From NCBI RefSeq assembly GCF_018977255.1, contig NW_024704742.1, forward strand, positions 93,312,001-93,376,000: a stretch of DNA of 64,000 nucleotides. The letters are read 5' to 3'. The position numbers and the translations under genes are program-made. Numbering within the stretch: position 1 is the stretch's first letter; every line of letters starts with the position of its first letter. Source of the stretch: Callorhinchus milii (lineage: Eukaryota). The notes beneath the pieces were generated by a model that had not been told where the DNA came from, did not search any database, and saw nothing but the letters and a program-made list of their open reading frames with translations. This document shows positions 48,280-61,751 of this stretch, piece by piece.

Positions 48280-51200
48280 GTAAGTCTATTTCAATTTTGA
48301 TCATTCTGTTAAAACAGTGCACATACAGTCAGTGTTTGACAACTAATCACTTTGACCCCTTTCTTTGCAGATTCCTTTTAATGTCGCTGGTCCCTCTTAA
48401 GGCTGTGGAGCTTAGGAATAGTAAGTGATTGCCATTAATTGTACTGTGATACAAAGCTTGGGTTAGAAAAGAATTCCCTTCCATCTTAACAATTTGCGTG
48501 GCATTCTGTTTTGTCTGTTTCAGACTGCGAAGGTGAGGATTGTGAAGATTGGGAAATTGCAAAACCTTCCAGCCAGAAACCTTTGGAAATAAGTCGTGAT
48601 TCTTTAACTAAATTTCATCTGATCAACAGCCAATCTCACGAACCTAGAACATTGGATCTTTCAAAGAAGATTCCCTTCTTAGGACTGACGGAAAGTAAGT
48701 TAATAATAATAATCCTTACATGATACAGCGCCTTTCACTTTGGGAGGATGTCCGAAAGTGCTTCACAGGATATACTGTAAAGTGGAGTGACTGACTTCTG
48801 TGAGCATACGCAGCAGGCAATTTGCACACAGTAATGTCCCACAAACATTGATAGACTTTTGATAGGTCAGGGTATTAAGGGATATGGGGAGAAAGCAGGA
48901 AATTGGAACTGAAAGGATTAATTGAGGTACAGATCACTCATGATCTAATTAAATGGCGGAACAGGCTCGAAGGGCTGAACGGCGTCCTCCTGTTCCTATG
49001 TTCCAAACAGCCATGAAATGAATGGCCAATTTTATTTGGGGAATTGTTGATGAGGATATCAGAAGAAACTTGCTTCTCTTTTCAAATAGTGCTATGGGAT
49101 CTTTAATGTCCACTTGAGAAGCAGACAAGACCTTGCTTAATGTTCCATTTGAAGGGCAGCACCTTTGATAATGCAGCACTCCCTTAGCTTTGCATTGCCT
49201 AGACTAAGTGAGTTCAAGTGCAGACAGGGGAAGTTATAGGCTGATTATTCACAGATCTAAACTTGGCCTCTGCTACTTTTCCAATATATTAGAGCATAGC
49301 AGTTAACATCAGCAAAATGTCAGTGAAATGTATGAACCAAAAAAGTAAGACAAATTGTAAATCCATTTCTATATTTCAAATTTGAATTATTTTTCACAGT
49401 GAGATATGTTTTTAGCATCGAGAAGTTTAGTATTGCAATCAAGGCTGATAGTGCAGGCCACCACCAAAAGAAATAGCGACAATACAAATCAATTGAGAAG
49501 CAAATACAATAGATGGTTTCAGTGTTTCACAGGATTTATTGCAAAGTGTAGTCACTGTATTTGTAGGCAAGCATGGCATTGGTTTGGAGTGTCAGCGAGG
49601 TGGAGCTTGAACTCACAACTGAATAATAATAATAATCCTTGCATTTGAAAAAGCTCTTTTCACGTCTTCTAGACGTGAAAAAGGGCTTCACAGAATATAC
49701 TGTAAAGTGAATTGACTGTATATTTGTGGGCAAAACGCGGCAACCAATTGCGCACAGTAGTGTCCCACAAACAGTCGTGGATTGAAAATGACCAATTTAT
49801 TATTGTTTTGTTTTTGGAGGGATTATTATTAGGCGTGTGGAGTAAGGAAACTTGCCCAAGGTTTTGCCCTGCCTGGAATTGAACCCAGGTGTCTCGCTTG
49901 CAAGGACGAGTGCTCTAACCTCTGAGCTACAGGACTCCTGTCTGATGCCTCAAAAATGAGCTTCACTGACATCAAACGCGAGGATTATTATAGTATCAGA
50001 TACTGGAGGGTTCTCTAAAGCCATACTTCAGCAGGTTACAATGTATTCAAGTGACAGGTTGTGAAAAAAAGGAACGGGAAAAAGAAGGTACATGTCATAA
50101 TAAAGAAGTGGCACAGTCTGCGATTCCAAAATAGATAAAACTCTTAAAACATTGGTACGCATGACTTAATATGCATTGATAATATTATATAGTAACTGTA
50201 CTGTTCTCAGGTCGAACATTGGACAAGAACTGCTGCATGAACAGTGGGATTTGCATCCTGGGCAGTTTCTGTGCATGTCCTCCGCACTTCACTGGCAGAT
50301 ATTGTGAATTGGATGAACGGCTAAAGTGAGTAGATGCAATTTGTTTCATTTTGTTTCAGGGCCTCATTCAAATTGCATTATCCTTTGGTAATTTGAACGA
50401 GGCCCAACTCTCGGTTTCTGTTCTCTGACAGGACGTGTGGCACAATTCTCCATGGCGCATGGGTTATCAGGAGCTGTTCCTGGTGTAAATGCAGATATGG
50501 GCGTCTGCACTGCATTGACGCATTTAAGGAGATGGAAAACTGTGGTAAGTGTTGGTTCATTTTATCTTCTGTTGAAAATGGGGAATCGTGCAATGTGGTG
50601 GTGAACTGAACCATAAAAGAATTGCATTCTGTGAAGCGCTTTGGGACGTCTAGAAGACGTGAAAAGAGCTATATCAAGTGCAAGGATTATTATTATTATT
50701 ATTATTATTGCGCCTCATCACATTGAAGTGTCTTCCCAAGGCAAGGTTTTGTACAGAGAGCATTGGGTGGCATTCTCTTCAACAAATGTTTAAAAAGTAA
50801 AGATGGGAGGACATCACCTGATGGTTCGTAAAGGTGCTCCTGCTGCAAAATACAGAGCTCCCTGTTGTCAACCAAAGTGTGTATGCTATCATGTGAAGTG
50901 CGCAGAGTGGCTTCATGTCCTTTCACTCTAGGTGCCGACTCTGCAATCTGGAGGCCTGACCACTAAAAAAGATTCAGGGTCTTTTGCCGGTGCAAAATTG
51001 GTCTGCTGACCACTAAGTGTGCCAATGGAGACAGGGCTGCTTCTGGAGACGACCTCCTAATGTAATAGGTGGCATTAGATTCCATTGTAAAGTGCTAAAT
51101 CCTGTCATGCAAGTTTTAGCTTGCAAGAAAACCATTTGCATCACTGAATGCAAACACCTGAACTTTGATCATTTCTCTTCCAGGCTAAAGAATTTACATA

Positions 51201-51573
51201 CAAAAGTCCAGAAGTACTTCCCATTATTCTGCCAAATGTGTTCCCATCCCCTAACTCTGATTGATACAGTCTTGATGGCTCCTATTTGCAATTCTTTCTG
51301 CCAGGAATGTATTGAAGTTTCACACCTGATAGCTACAGTCTGGTTTAGCTCACTCAAAACATGTTTTATTTCCCCTTTTAAAACTTCACATTTCAGCAGT
51401 GATAAACCTTGTCTGATTTCTTTTCCACCTCAGGTCCAGACCAGAATGACCGCAATGATAACAGTGGCCTTTATAAATCATTATCTGATGATGGTTGCTG
51501 GCGAAAACAAACAAGATACCTGCTTCTGTCGGTGATGCTTCTTTGGCACAGTGTTTGCACTATGGTTTTGTAA
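48257..51573 (+). CDS. TDGF1: EGF-CFC family Nodal co-receptor (Cripto / one-eyed pinhead-like), complete, 6 exons, 612 nt / 203 aa
   Basis: Signal peptide [39 protein letters not shown]-like [59 protein letters not shown] and a hydrophobic GPI-type tail. All introns GT-AG and in phase. LRRC2 synteny favours TDGF1 over CFC1. Confidence 0.93.
48371..48420 (+). CDS. TDGF1: TDGF1 exon 2 (signal peptide core)
   Basis: ttctttgcag|[17 protein letters not shown]+A|gtaagt. Confidence 0.85.
48524..48694 (+). CDS. TDGF1: TDGF1 exon 3
   Basis: gtttcag|CEGEDCEDW...[10 protein letters not shown]+A|gtaagt. Confidence 0.9.
48850..49002 (+). mobile_element. CR1 3' fragment nested in an old SINE (TDGF1 intron 3)
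   Basis: gggctgaacggcgtcctcctgttcctatgttcc tail. Confidence 0.7.
49623..49938 (-). mobile_element. Young SINE in TDGF1 intron 3
   Basis: Full-length reverse copy. Confidence 0.9.
50211..50325 (+). CDS. TDGF1: TDGF1 exon 4 (EGF-like domain)
   Basis: [37 protein letters not shown]+AA|gtgagt. Confidence 0.96.
50432..50544 (+). CDS. TDGF1: TDGF1 exon 5 (CFC domain)
   Basis: [37 protein letters not shown]+G|gtaagt. Confidence 0.96.
51434..51573 (+). CDS. TDGF1: TDGF1 exon 6 (GPI-signal tail)
   Basis: ttttccacctcag|[48 protein letters not shown]. Confidence 0.85.
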
Positions 51574-52137
51574 TGGTTTTCATTTCACCCTAACATTTTC
51601 TCACTGCTTCTCCTGAAAGTGCTGATGTTTGCTGAATTACAGTTCTATGGGCACTGGCTGCCCTCTGCTGCTTTTCCCAAATGACCAATATTTATACGTG
51701 AACCCCGACAACGAGAATCTGCAGACTATTCACTGATAGATGAATCCTCCTCCGATCCTCTGCTCACACATCAACGTTTTAGCAGGGGTCATTGGATAGC
51801 GATCAGAAGTCCTGAAATTTTACTTGGTCTTAGCCTTCAACACCTTCTTATTAATTTAAAAATTGTGCAGGGCTTCCTTGATCTCTTAAATCTTAAATTT
51901 ATCTTTAATTTGGAAGCTGGTTCAGCAGTTCTTATAAAGAACTGACTTTCAAATTAAGGCAGGATTGAAGAGTTTTTAAAGAATTCTGTGCAATCTTAAA
52001 GTTTAAGACAAAATTGACCTGGCTGGAAAGCATGCAATGGTAATAGTTAGGGCTGTAGATCTGTCACTGCATTTTTTAAAATCTAAAATCATGGAGCAGT
52101 CATGGTAAATTTAGTAAAAGTCACAGGTTTAGGAGGA

Positions 52138-52457
52138 AATAATAATAATAATAATAATAATCCTTGCATTTGATATAGCGCTTTTTACGTTGGGAGGACG
52201 TCCCAAAGCGCTTCATAGAACACACTGTAAAGTGAATTGACTGTATATTTGTGGGTGAACGCGGCAGCCAATTGCGCACAGCAATGTCCCACAAACAGTC
52301 GTAGATTGAAAATGATGAATTTATTATTGTTTTTGGTTTTGGAGGGATTATTATTAGGCGTGTGAAGTAAGGAAACTTGCCCAAGGTTTCGCCCTGTCTG
52401 GAATTGAACTCGGGTCTCTCGCTTGCAAAGCGAGTGCTCTAACCACTGAGCTACAGG
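52138..52457 (-). mobile_element. Young SINE downstream of the TDGF1 stop
   Basis: Full-length reverse copy, very similar to 35181. Confidence 0.9.
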
Positions 52458-53292
52458 GTAAAGTCACGACATGAAAATTCAACTCTATAAATACAGTGTT
52501 AGGGTACTTACAATGGTGCTAAGGAAGGCAGCTGAGCTGGTCAAACATAAATTATGCAACACTTTTTTTAATACGTTCCATAATTTGCGCAAATATTAGA
52601 AACGTGTTTCTCAAGTAGTCAAGCTCAGTGCATTTTATTAAAATCCCAGGCACAAAACAAATCACGATCAACCAGAAAAATAGTATCAGTGACATTTTTA
52701 CTACTGTGACACAAAATCCTAGTGTTAGCCAAACAGGAGTCTGGGAACCATTAAGGGGGGAAGAAGGGGGTGAGGGATCCCCGAGTCTGTTTGATCACTG
52801 TCCCACGAAGGAAGGTTAAGAAATCAGCTAACTAGGGAATTAACCAGCTCCCATGTGTGCTTTCCAGCAGAGGTCACTGATCATAAAATCCCTGACTTAT
52901 TTTTCCATCCATGTCCTACAAGCTGAGTTAGTTCTGCAGCATACTTTTTAGCACCACTTGAAACATAATCATTGTCACAAACTTCAAAGCATAGTTCTCA
53001 GTGATTCATTTTCTATTATAGTCAAGTGTCTAATTGTTTAATCCAAAATCATATTTATAATATTATTCAGAAAGAGCATGAAGCCTGGTTAAAGGGTTGA
53101 CGTTTATTATAATCTCCCCTCATCTTTTTAGAAATGATAAAAGGCTTTGTAAAATTGTAACCTGAAATTATTCCTGACCTTAACTTGTATAAAATAGCAA
53201 GCACACTTCACACAATAGCAAGCATGTTTTATAATTTCAATTTCTGATTTCATGTTTTGAAATCGACAGTGTAACATTGAAATATTTTAGTA

Positions 53293-53298
53293 AATAAA
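53293..53298 (+). terminator. Candidate TDGF1 polyadenylation signal
   Basis: Overlapping AATAAA followed by a GT/T-rich tract; the first clear one I saw after the stop. Confidence 0.45.
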
Positions 53299-54559
53299 TA
53301 AATAACATGCTTGTTCTAGTGCTGTTATTGTACTTTAAATGTAAGTCTTGGATGTGATTTTTTAGGAGAATAGTGATCTTGACTGATCTTCTATTCTCCA
53401 GTCCAAAATGTTGAGGTGACCCAGTTGTTGGTTGGAATTGGATCCTGCAACCTTCCTATGACCTAGTCCTTCACCACATGGTGCCTCTTTCCTACCAAGC
53501 TATTGGGGCCGTAATAATAATGGTGATAATAATAATCCTTGCATTTGATGTAGCGCTTTATCGCATCGTTGCAACGTCTCAAAGAGCTTCACAGAATATT
53601 TTGTGAAGTGAATTGACGGTGTATTTTGTGGGCGAGACACATGTAGGATGTTTTTGAGGGAGTTTTGTCTCTTTATGCTGTAGGGCTGAATGGTTACATT
53701 CAACTATTAGCAGCTTTTGTGGCCATTCATCATTCTTCACTAGATGATCTCCAAAAATATAATTATAAAGATACACGATTAAGGCTTCACTCACTCAACC
53801 ACATAACTCCATTTGGAATGAATATTGCTGCGTGTTGTGTAAGATTACTTGCATTGCCATTAATAAGGATTGATATACACAGAAAACACAGAATCTGCCA
53901 ATATCATTGCTGTGCTCCCCATGTGAATGACTCCATATAAATGCATGTTGCTGCTGAGTAAAACTTTTGTATTGGGGTGAGAAACCTTCAATTTACACAA
54001 GTGCTTGGTTGACACTGATGCATTGTGACTGGTACCATCTTGGACATTGAGAACATATCAACTTCCATCAGTTATAACATCTATACTATACTATGTCAAC
54101 CTGAAAAAGAAATAATTTGGTACTTGCCTCCAAATTCTGCACCACACAGCTGGATTAACTAATGTTGACATTATTAACACATTCAATTGACTTATTCGGA
54201 CAATTAAAATGTCCTAAGATATGCTATGGTGTCAGGTTTGGCTCAGGTGATAGCTTGCTTATCTCAATGGCAGTAAATTCTGGGTTCATCAACACCTGAG
54301 CTAGGCTAGGCTTACCATATGGTGCTCTCATTTACTATCCTTCAGATAAGATAATTAATTCATACCGTGTCTCCTTGTCCTTCAAGTAGACATTATAATA
54401 TTTTATGAAAATATTTGAAAAGAGAAGGAAGTTTTTCTCAAGTCCTGTCCAACAGTCTTAGAAGATTCATTTTTCATTCACCTCATGGTTGTTTTGGAGA
54501 ACTTGCTGTGTGCAATTTGGATTCAATAACAGCCAATATTTAACACATGATATGTCAGC

Positions 54560-54860
54560 GTACTCAGTTGGTAACACTCGCCTCTGAGTCAGAAGGTTGT
54601 GGGTTCAAGCCCTGCATTAGGTCTTTGAATTTATATTGTCTTGGGTTCACTCCATCACAGTGCTGGGGGTGTGCTGCCTTGTCTGAACTGTCAACCGTCA
54701 GATGAGACATTGAACCAGGATTCCATCTGCCTGTTCAGGTGGATGTTAAAGATCCCATGGGACTATTCCAAAAGAGAAGAGAGTTTCTTTCCGTGTCCAG
54801 ACCAACAATCTCCCAAATAAAATTGATCATTTGCTTCATGGCTGTTTGTGGGACATTACT
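54560..54860 (+). mobile_element. Older Deu-domain SINE (SacSINE1/AmnSINE1-like); further decayed copies near 13.9, 19.2, 29.6, 35.5, 41.8, 42.7, 45.3, 48.7, 59.2 and 61.8 kb
   Basis: ctcagttggt...ctctgagtcagaaggttgtgggttcaag head; ggatgttaaagatcccatgg core. Confidence 0.75.
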
Positions 54861-57800
54861 GTCTCTTGTTGGTTTCAATTCAAGAGCTCACTTTAACAAT
54901 GTCCTATTAGACATGTTCAGCACTGAGTAGTTTCAGGCGCTAGTACTAGGACGTTAAAGGTCCAGCACACTGGAGTGTAAAATGCAGCTTCAGGCACGTT
55001 TTTACTGCTCACCTTAATATAACCTCTTATGTATTCACAATACAGGTCCACTTGTATTATAGTGATGCTGTGTTTGGCAATAACAATGCACTGTCCTTTT
55101 GGAAACAGTCCATAAACACAGTTGTTTATTTAATGATACATGGTTCAATCATTCAATCACACACAGGGAATTATTCAAGCTTGAGTCTTTAGCACCGGCT
55201 TCAGGCATAGCTGCGTGATATTTCAGTAATTTTAAAAAAAATTCTGATTCTAATGACTGCAAAGCCCCCAAAAAATGTTTGTGAGAAAAAAATAAAATAA
55301 CCTTGGTGACCATTTAGCTGAGATCAATGCCAGTAAGAATACAATAAAATTCTGTGAAGCACTTGAGATGTTTCAACAACGTGATAAGGCTCTATATATA
55401 AAATGCAGAGATTATTATTAGAGTTGCTGAAAATTGGGTTACAGATTGGGTGCCAATTTTTAAAAGTGCCTTCAACTTTAGATTGCAAAGACATCTTACC
55501 TCTGAGATGTCACAAGTTACCACTTTCAGCACTGTTTATTGTTTCATGACTCACATGAGAAAATTAATGCCAGCTCTGTACAGTCTTAACTGCAGACAGC
55601 TGGGATTCTGAACACCTGAGAAAGCAGTGAGAATGTGGAATACTGTGCATCATATGGCCTTAGATGCAAAAACAATTGAGATTTTTAAAGGAGACAGATA
55701 CACGGAGTGCGGGTATTAAGGGGAATGAAGAAAAGCTGGGGAAACAAGATTAAAAGATCTGCCATGATCTATATTGCAACTTCATAGGAACAGGAGAAGA
55801 CCATTCAACCCATCAGGTCTATATTGCTATGAAAGGCAACGTGAAAGGCACTGTACCAAATGTAAGGATTATTTATATTCAAAATAAACCTTGTATTTCA
55901 TATCGTGCCTTTAATGTCAAAAACTCAAAGAGCTCACAAAGCTTTCCTATAAAATATGTTTGTATTTCAAGAGAACATGGCAGCAAAGCAATGTCTCTCA
56001 AAACCCATCAAGTAATTGACCAATTTTATCTGAAGGAATGTTAACCAGTTTTCTGTCATTTTTAAAATAACTTAAAAGACAATTGGCTTCAAAATTAAGC
56101 TTGCATTTAACAATTTGCCAAATTCTAGATGCTCCAAAATGTTACATAAAGTAGACGCTAGTGGAATTTCTTATTTCTCCTGACTACTCACTAAACTTGA
56201 CAGCAATTATCCATGAAGTGTTCTCAGATGTTTCAGTGCTATAACAAAGATGTAAGGCTTTTTTGGTAGTGGAGATCACAAAATTACACTTTTAATGGGA
56301 ACACTACCCTGCATAAAGGGCGCTATATAAATGCAAGTTGTTGTTCTTGTTTAATGATGTTGCCATAACCGCCCACCCTCTCACACCTGATGTGTGGAGG
56401 CTGCGGACACACAAGCTGACAGCAGCCCAGGAGTTTGCTATCACTGACCTTGCCGGTGGAGTTATAATAGAATAATAAGCAGCAAATGCCTATTGTCAGC
56501 TTTTAATTTACATTCCTCTAGTGTTTCTTTCACAAAGAGCTGATATTATCTGATGCACACTCAGGGAGTAAAGTTAAATGTAACCTTAGTCGAAAGTCTC
56601 AGGTATCTGCCAAAGCCTTTGTTATGTGGGGTTATTTGAATTCAACAGTCAATGCCTAGCGAGGACATCTTTAACATACAAGCACACAGCTATTTCCTCC
56701 GAATTATGCTTTTCAGTGGAAAAAGCAATTAGTGGCCGATGGGGGGGGGGGGGGGTGTTGGGCGGTTGGTGGTTTCTGCATACCCAAAACAAAGGTCTCC
56801 CTCATTTATTCTTGGAAGGGAATTCTTCCTGCTCAATTCAACATGAAACAGGGCAGTGATTCAAAGGAAATTACTGTGAGGTTATTTGCAAAAACATTTT
56901 TTTTTGTTGAGAGTCTGGGATGATGAGGAACCAAGTCTCATTGTGTCAGAACTAAGGCAGAGAATATTAATAATAATAAATATTTGTATTTGATATAAAA
57001 ATATCAACCTCTTGCAAAAGGTAGCTATTTTAAGATGCTCAAATATATTAAGTAAGATCCATTCATATGTAATCTGGAGGTGTTATTGGCCCATCTGATC
57101 TATCAGAGAAAACCATCAAGAAATTACCTCTACAAAGTGATTTAAGATAATAACATAATAATAATAATAAACCTTACATTTGGTACAGCACCTTTCACGT
57201 CGCGAGGACGTGCCAAAGTGCTTCACAGGATAAACTGTAAAGTAGTGTGACTGCGTGTGTTTTTGTGGGAGTAGCAGAGAAAATAAGCTGAGTCAGGAAG
57301 AGATAGTTATATGATGCCAAGCTCAGAGTTGAAAAGCCTAGTTGTGGGCAGACTGAGGTGTCGCACGAATCCCTTGGGGAACTGAATCCTTGCAGAGCAA
57401 TCAGTGCCTTCAGGAGAGGAGGAGGAGGAGGAGAGAAACACTGAAGGTAAATAAGCCGCTCCTTGAAAGAGTTGGCGTCAGTGGCTCCGGACAAAACGCC
57501 TCGGGAAACAGACTGCTTCTCCCAAGGAATCCCAAGATCAGGTCGGAGCCGAGACTTTGTGAGTTGTGGTGACATGAATGGTTAAAGGATCTTCTTGCTG
57601 ATTAAGCTGATGAGTTGGTGTAACGTAAATGGGTACTTTATCCTTGCTGATATCTCTTCACGTAACTTTTTGGCAGACTTTCTCCCATCTGCAGACGAAT
57701 CTCTCCAAGAGTTCATACCAGGTGTCCTTGCTAATAGGTTCTGTACTATATTAAGGTACAAATAGCTTACCCAAGTCCCTAGCTCAGGCTGTGCATTTGA

Positions 57801-58135
57801 ATCCGAGTGCTTTCAATGTGGAATTTGCATGCCTTTGAAACATTCCATACATAGATCAGGTGGTGGAATGTAGACAGAAAACAGGGACCGTTGCTCCCTA
57901 AAGGTTTAGTTAAGGTGATAGATTTTTATTTCTATTAAAAATAATCAGCAACAGACTGCCCCAAATTAAAGGTCAGTTAGTATTTAATAATTTAATAATT
58001 TCTTCAGGACCATAGTGTGGGCATTAGTATTGTTAAAATCATCCCCTCTGACTGGCTCTGTGTTCGCCGATCAGATCTCCCCCTTCTTCAATGAGGAGCC
58101 TTAATTCTTTCATTCTTTTCTTTTTCTTCAAAATT

Positions 58136-58325
58136 ATTAAAATAATAATAAATTGGTCACTCAATCCATGACTTTTTGTGGGACACTGCTGTGCGCAATT
58201 GGCGGCCACGTTTCACTCACCAAATATACAGTCAATTCACTTTACAGTGTGTTCTGTGAAGCGCTTTGGAACATCTCGAAGACGTGATAAGGCGCTATAT
58301 CAAATGCAAGGATTATTATTATTAT
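58136..58325 (+). mobile_element. 5'-truncated SINE
   Basis: Core and tail. Confidence 0.85.
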
Positions 58326-59582
58326 GGTGTACATGAGTAGAGGTCGGGCGAGGACGGAATCGAGTTCATTTGCGATGGATTCATTGGAAAAATCACCTGC
58401 TCACACATACTTCCTCAGGATCCTGCACGAAGAATGATGGCACACTGGAACTGGCCGTAAAACCTGAGCTTCATCTCCATCTGCACTTTGAGGAGACAAT
58501 TAGGGAAGCAAAAAAAATCCTTGTCGAAAACCCAGCATTACCAATGTTCTTCTGTTACTTCTTGTTGCTTTGTTCATTGCTGTTTTTTATCAGAGCTGTT
58601 TCCCACTGTAGCAGCAGGGCCATACTGTGTGGTCCACAGCCCTGCCCCCAGCAGCCAGCCTATATTATAAAGGCAGTGTGGCTCTTGACTCCTGATGAGG
58701 TTTCATCTTCCACGTCAGGCGGAGGTGGGTCAAACAATCCTTCTCCACCCTCCTCACCTCCCAGGTGAAATATGAAATGGTAATTGGAGTTCTGAGCGAG
58801 AATTCACTTACTTCCCTCATGGATCTATTTATTTGCTGGCGGGAGCTCAGTGGGAGGGCAATCCATGTTATTAGCGCACAATGACATTCATACTTGAAAC
58901 TAAACAGCTGTAACATAACCATTGTAAGTTTATCCAGAGACAATCAACACTAGATTATCAGGAAATACTTTCCTCCGGGTACACACGCACACAGGACCTG
59001 AAGACATGTCGTGCTTCAGACAGTAAATCCAGGGACAAAGTGGTTTGAAGTTCAACCTGGATTTGCTTGGAATAAAGATTTTGACATCTACTGGATACTC
59101 TTCTTCTCAGCTTTGACTTTACGAGTTCAGTGGCTATCAAGGCTTGTGGTCGTCATGAAGCAGCACTGCCCCCTATTGGATTGTTAACCCTCTTCACTCC
59201 GGGTAAATAAATAATATTCCCTGCGTTTGATATTGTGCCTGGTCACGTTGAAACACCTCTAAATGTTTCGCAGAGCTTTTCTTTAAAGCATAGTGTCTGT
59301 CTGTGTATCTTTTTAGGTGAACAAGGCAGCCAATGTTTGCACAGCAATATCCGATAGTGAAAAAGTGAATGACCCATTTTTTAAAAAATCTGGGGAATTG
59401 TTGACCAGGATACAGGGAGAAATTCCCTTTAAAATCCACCAGAGCAGGCAGTTGGAATCTTAGTTTAATGTCTCATCTAAATGATGGCACCTCTAACAAT
59501 GCAGTCATCTCCCAGCCCAGCCCTGGAGTGTCAGCCTAGACTACGAGTTCAAAGCAATGGCATGACATGGTGCATAAACCCA

Positions 59583-59669
59583 CAACAACGACAACAACAA
59601 CAAGATTCCATTTATAAAGCGCCTTTCACGTCAGGAGGACGTCCCAAGGCGCTGCACAGTTGGGTCATG
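59583..59669 (-). mobile_element. Extreme 3' end of a young L2, nested in an old SINE
   Basis: Matches 7575-7658 almost exactly. Confidence 0.85.
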
Positions 59670-61020
59670 CTTCGGTCTCAGAGGTGACTGTGCTGCCAAC
59701 TGAAACAGGCTGACACCAAAAATAATTCTACTTTCTAACCAGTCACTGTTTCCATATAAACATTCCACCAACTCTGTAAGACCATTTTGGCTTAAAAATG
59801 TAATATCACACAGATTACAAAAATACAGTCATTACAATTAACAGTAAATCCCGTGAAGCATTTTGAGACATCTTGACGATGTGATAAAGCTCTATATCAA
59901 ATGCAAGGATTACAACACTTCCCCATGTTTTATACATACTCTTCTAATATTTCAGTATGCTCTGGTAAACCTTCAACATGTTCTGTCTATGTCTCACTTT
60001 TGTCTGCTAATACTTTTCAACATGCCCTGTCAAAAATTTTGATAGCTATGTTGACAGAAGGGAAATTTATATTCCTTGTTGTTAAGACATTGCAACAAGA
60101 GCTGACCACTGGATTCTGTTTCTTGTTTGCACTGTATTCTTTGCTCTTCATGAAGCATTGCAATGTCAATGGGGCTCACTAGCCACGAACATGTTGAAAT
60201 ATGCGGAAGTAATTTCATTTAATCAATGTCACAAATTAATTCTTGATCATATCAAATGCAAGGATTATTATTATTATATTTATCTCTTCTTAACCCAGGA
60301 GTGGTGAGGCCAATTTGCACCTCTGTTGCTTGTCAGGCTGAAATCAGTCTCCCTACTTTCTCCCCTGCCCTCCAACCTCCCCGATCCCGACCCCCAGCTC
60401 GGGCTGAAACACTGATTGTCCAGCACCTTGGGACATCCTCCTGACGTGACAGGCGCTATACAAATGTAATTTTGTTGTTATTATTAATTATACATTCTTG
60501 TTATGTGGGCAAATGTTCAAGGCAGCTCATATATATTATCATGTCTACCTTAATATCTGTCCATTTCTTGTGTATTGTCTGAATAATATCATTGAGCAGT
60601 GGTTATAAGTAGGACATTTTTGTGGTGTTGTGAAGTTGGTAACATTCTTGATGTGTTTGTTAAACCTTGGGTGAAATGGTGCCTAACTCTTTCTTTCTTC
60701 AGATAGCTGCACTGACACTTCTGTTTCTACTGAGTGACATTCAAGTAATCAATCAATCATTTCACCAGCTGCTACAGGAACAGTCAACATTATCTCAGAC
60801 TGGGAGTAATGGGAAGCGGAGTTCATTGCAGCGATCGAAATAGACTTGAAGATGGATGTGTAGCTAAGGATGGAATGCACTGTCCACTTATGGTCCTTTC
60901 ACAATATTATATATAATAGAATATAGCTTAATTTTTAAACAAAGATCCTGGTTCAATCGGTATAAAATTATACTAACATTATATTAAAAAACTGGACTTT
61001 TATTTTTTTCACGAACCAAA

Positions 61021-61386
61021 TAAATAATAATCCTTGCATTTGATATGCTACCTCATCACATCTTTGAGATGTCTTAAAGCACTTCACAGCATATACTGTA
61101 AAGTGAATTGACTCTATATTTTGTGGGCGAAACGCAGCAGCCAATTGCACACAGTAGTGTCCTACAAAAAGTCGTGGATTGAAGTGACCAATTTAATATT
61201 TTATTTTTTTGAAGGAATTATTACCCCCAAGAAAAGTGATCTGTCAATCAACTAACAATCGGGTTCATACTTACTGCTAGGTAAACAGAGGCGTGTGGAA
61301 TAAGGAAACTCGCCCAAGGTTTCATCCTGCCAGGAATCAAACCCAGGTCTCTTGCTTGAAGGCGAATGCACTAACCACTGAACTAC
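61021..61386 (-). mobile_element. SINE, long variant
   Basis: Full-length reverse copy. Confidence 0.85.
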
Positions 61387-61431
61387 ATGTGGAGCATGTG
61401 CATTTCATTCTTATCAGAAAAGTGGATGTGA

Positions 61432-61751
61432 ATAATAATAATAACAATAAATAATCCTTGCATTTGATATAGTGCCTCATCATGTCTTCGAGATGTCTTA
61501 AAGCACTTTACAGAATATACTGTATATTTTGTGGTGAAAGGTGGCAGCCAATTGTACACAGCAGTGTCCCACAAACAGTCATGAATTGAGTGACCAATTT
61601 ATTATAATTTTTTTTGAAGGAATTATTACCCCCGAAAACAGGAAACAAGCATGTGGACTAAGGAAACCTGCCCAATGTTTCGCCCTGCCGGGAATTGAAC
61701 CAGGGTCTCTCGCCTGCGAGGCGAGTGCTCTAACCACTGAGCTACAGGACT
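61432..61751 (-). mobile_element. SINE
   Basis: Full-length reverse copy. Confidence 0.85.

Noticed and set aside
57195..59160. ORFs and a KKLREE string resembling FAM240
   Set aside because: No FWE motif, wrong strand for the human arrangement, and no consistent splice chain found.
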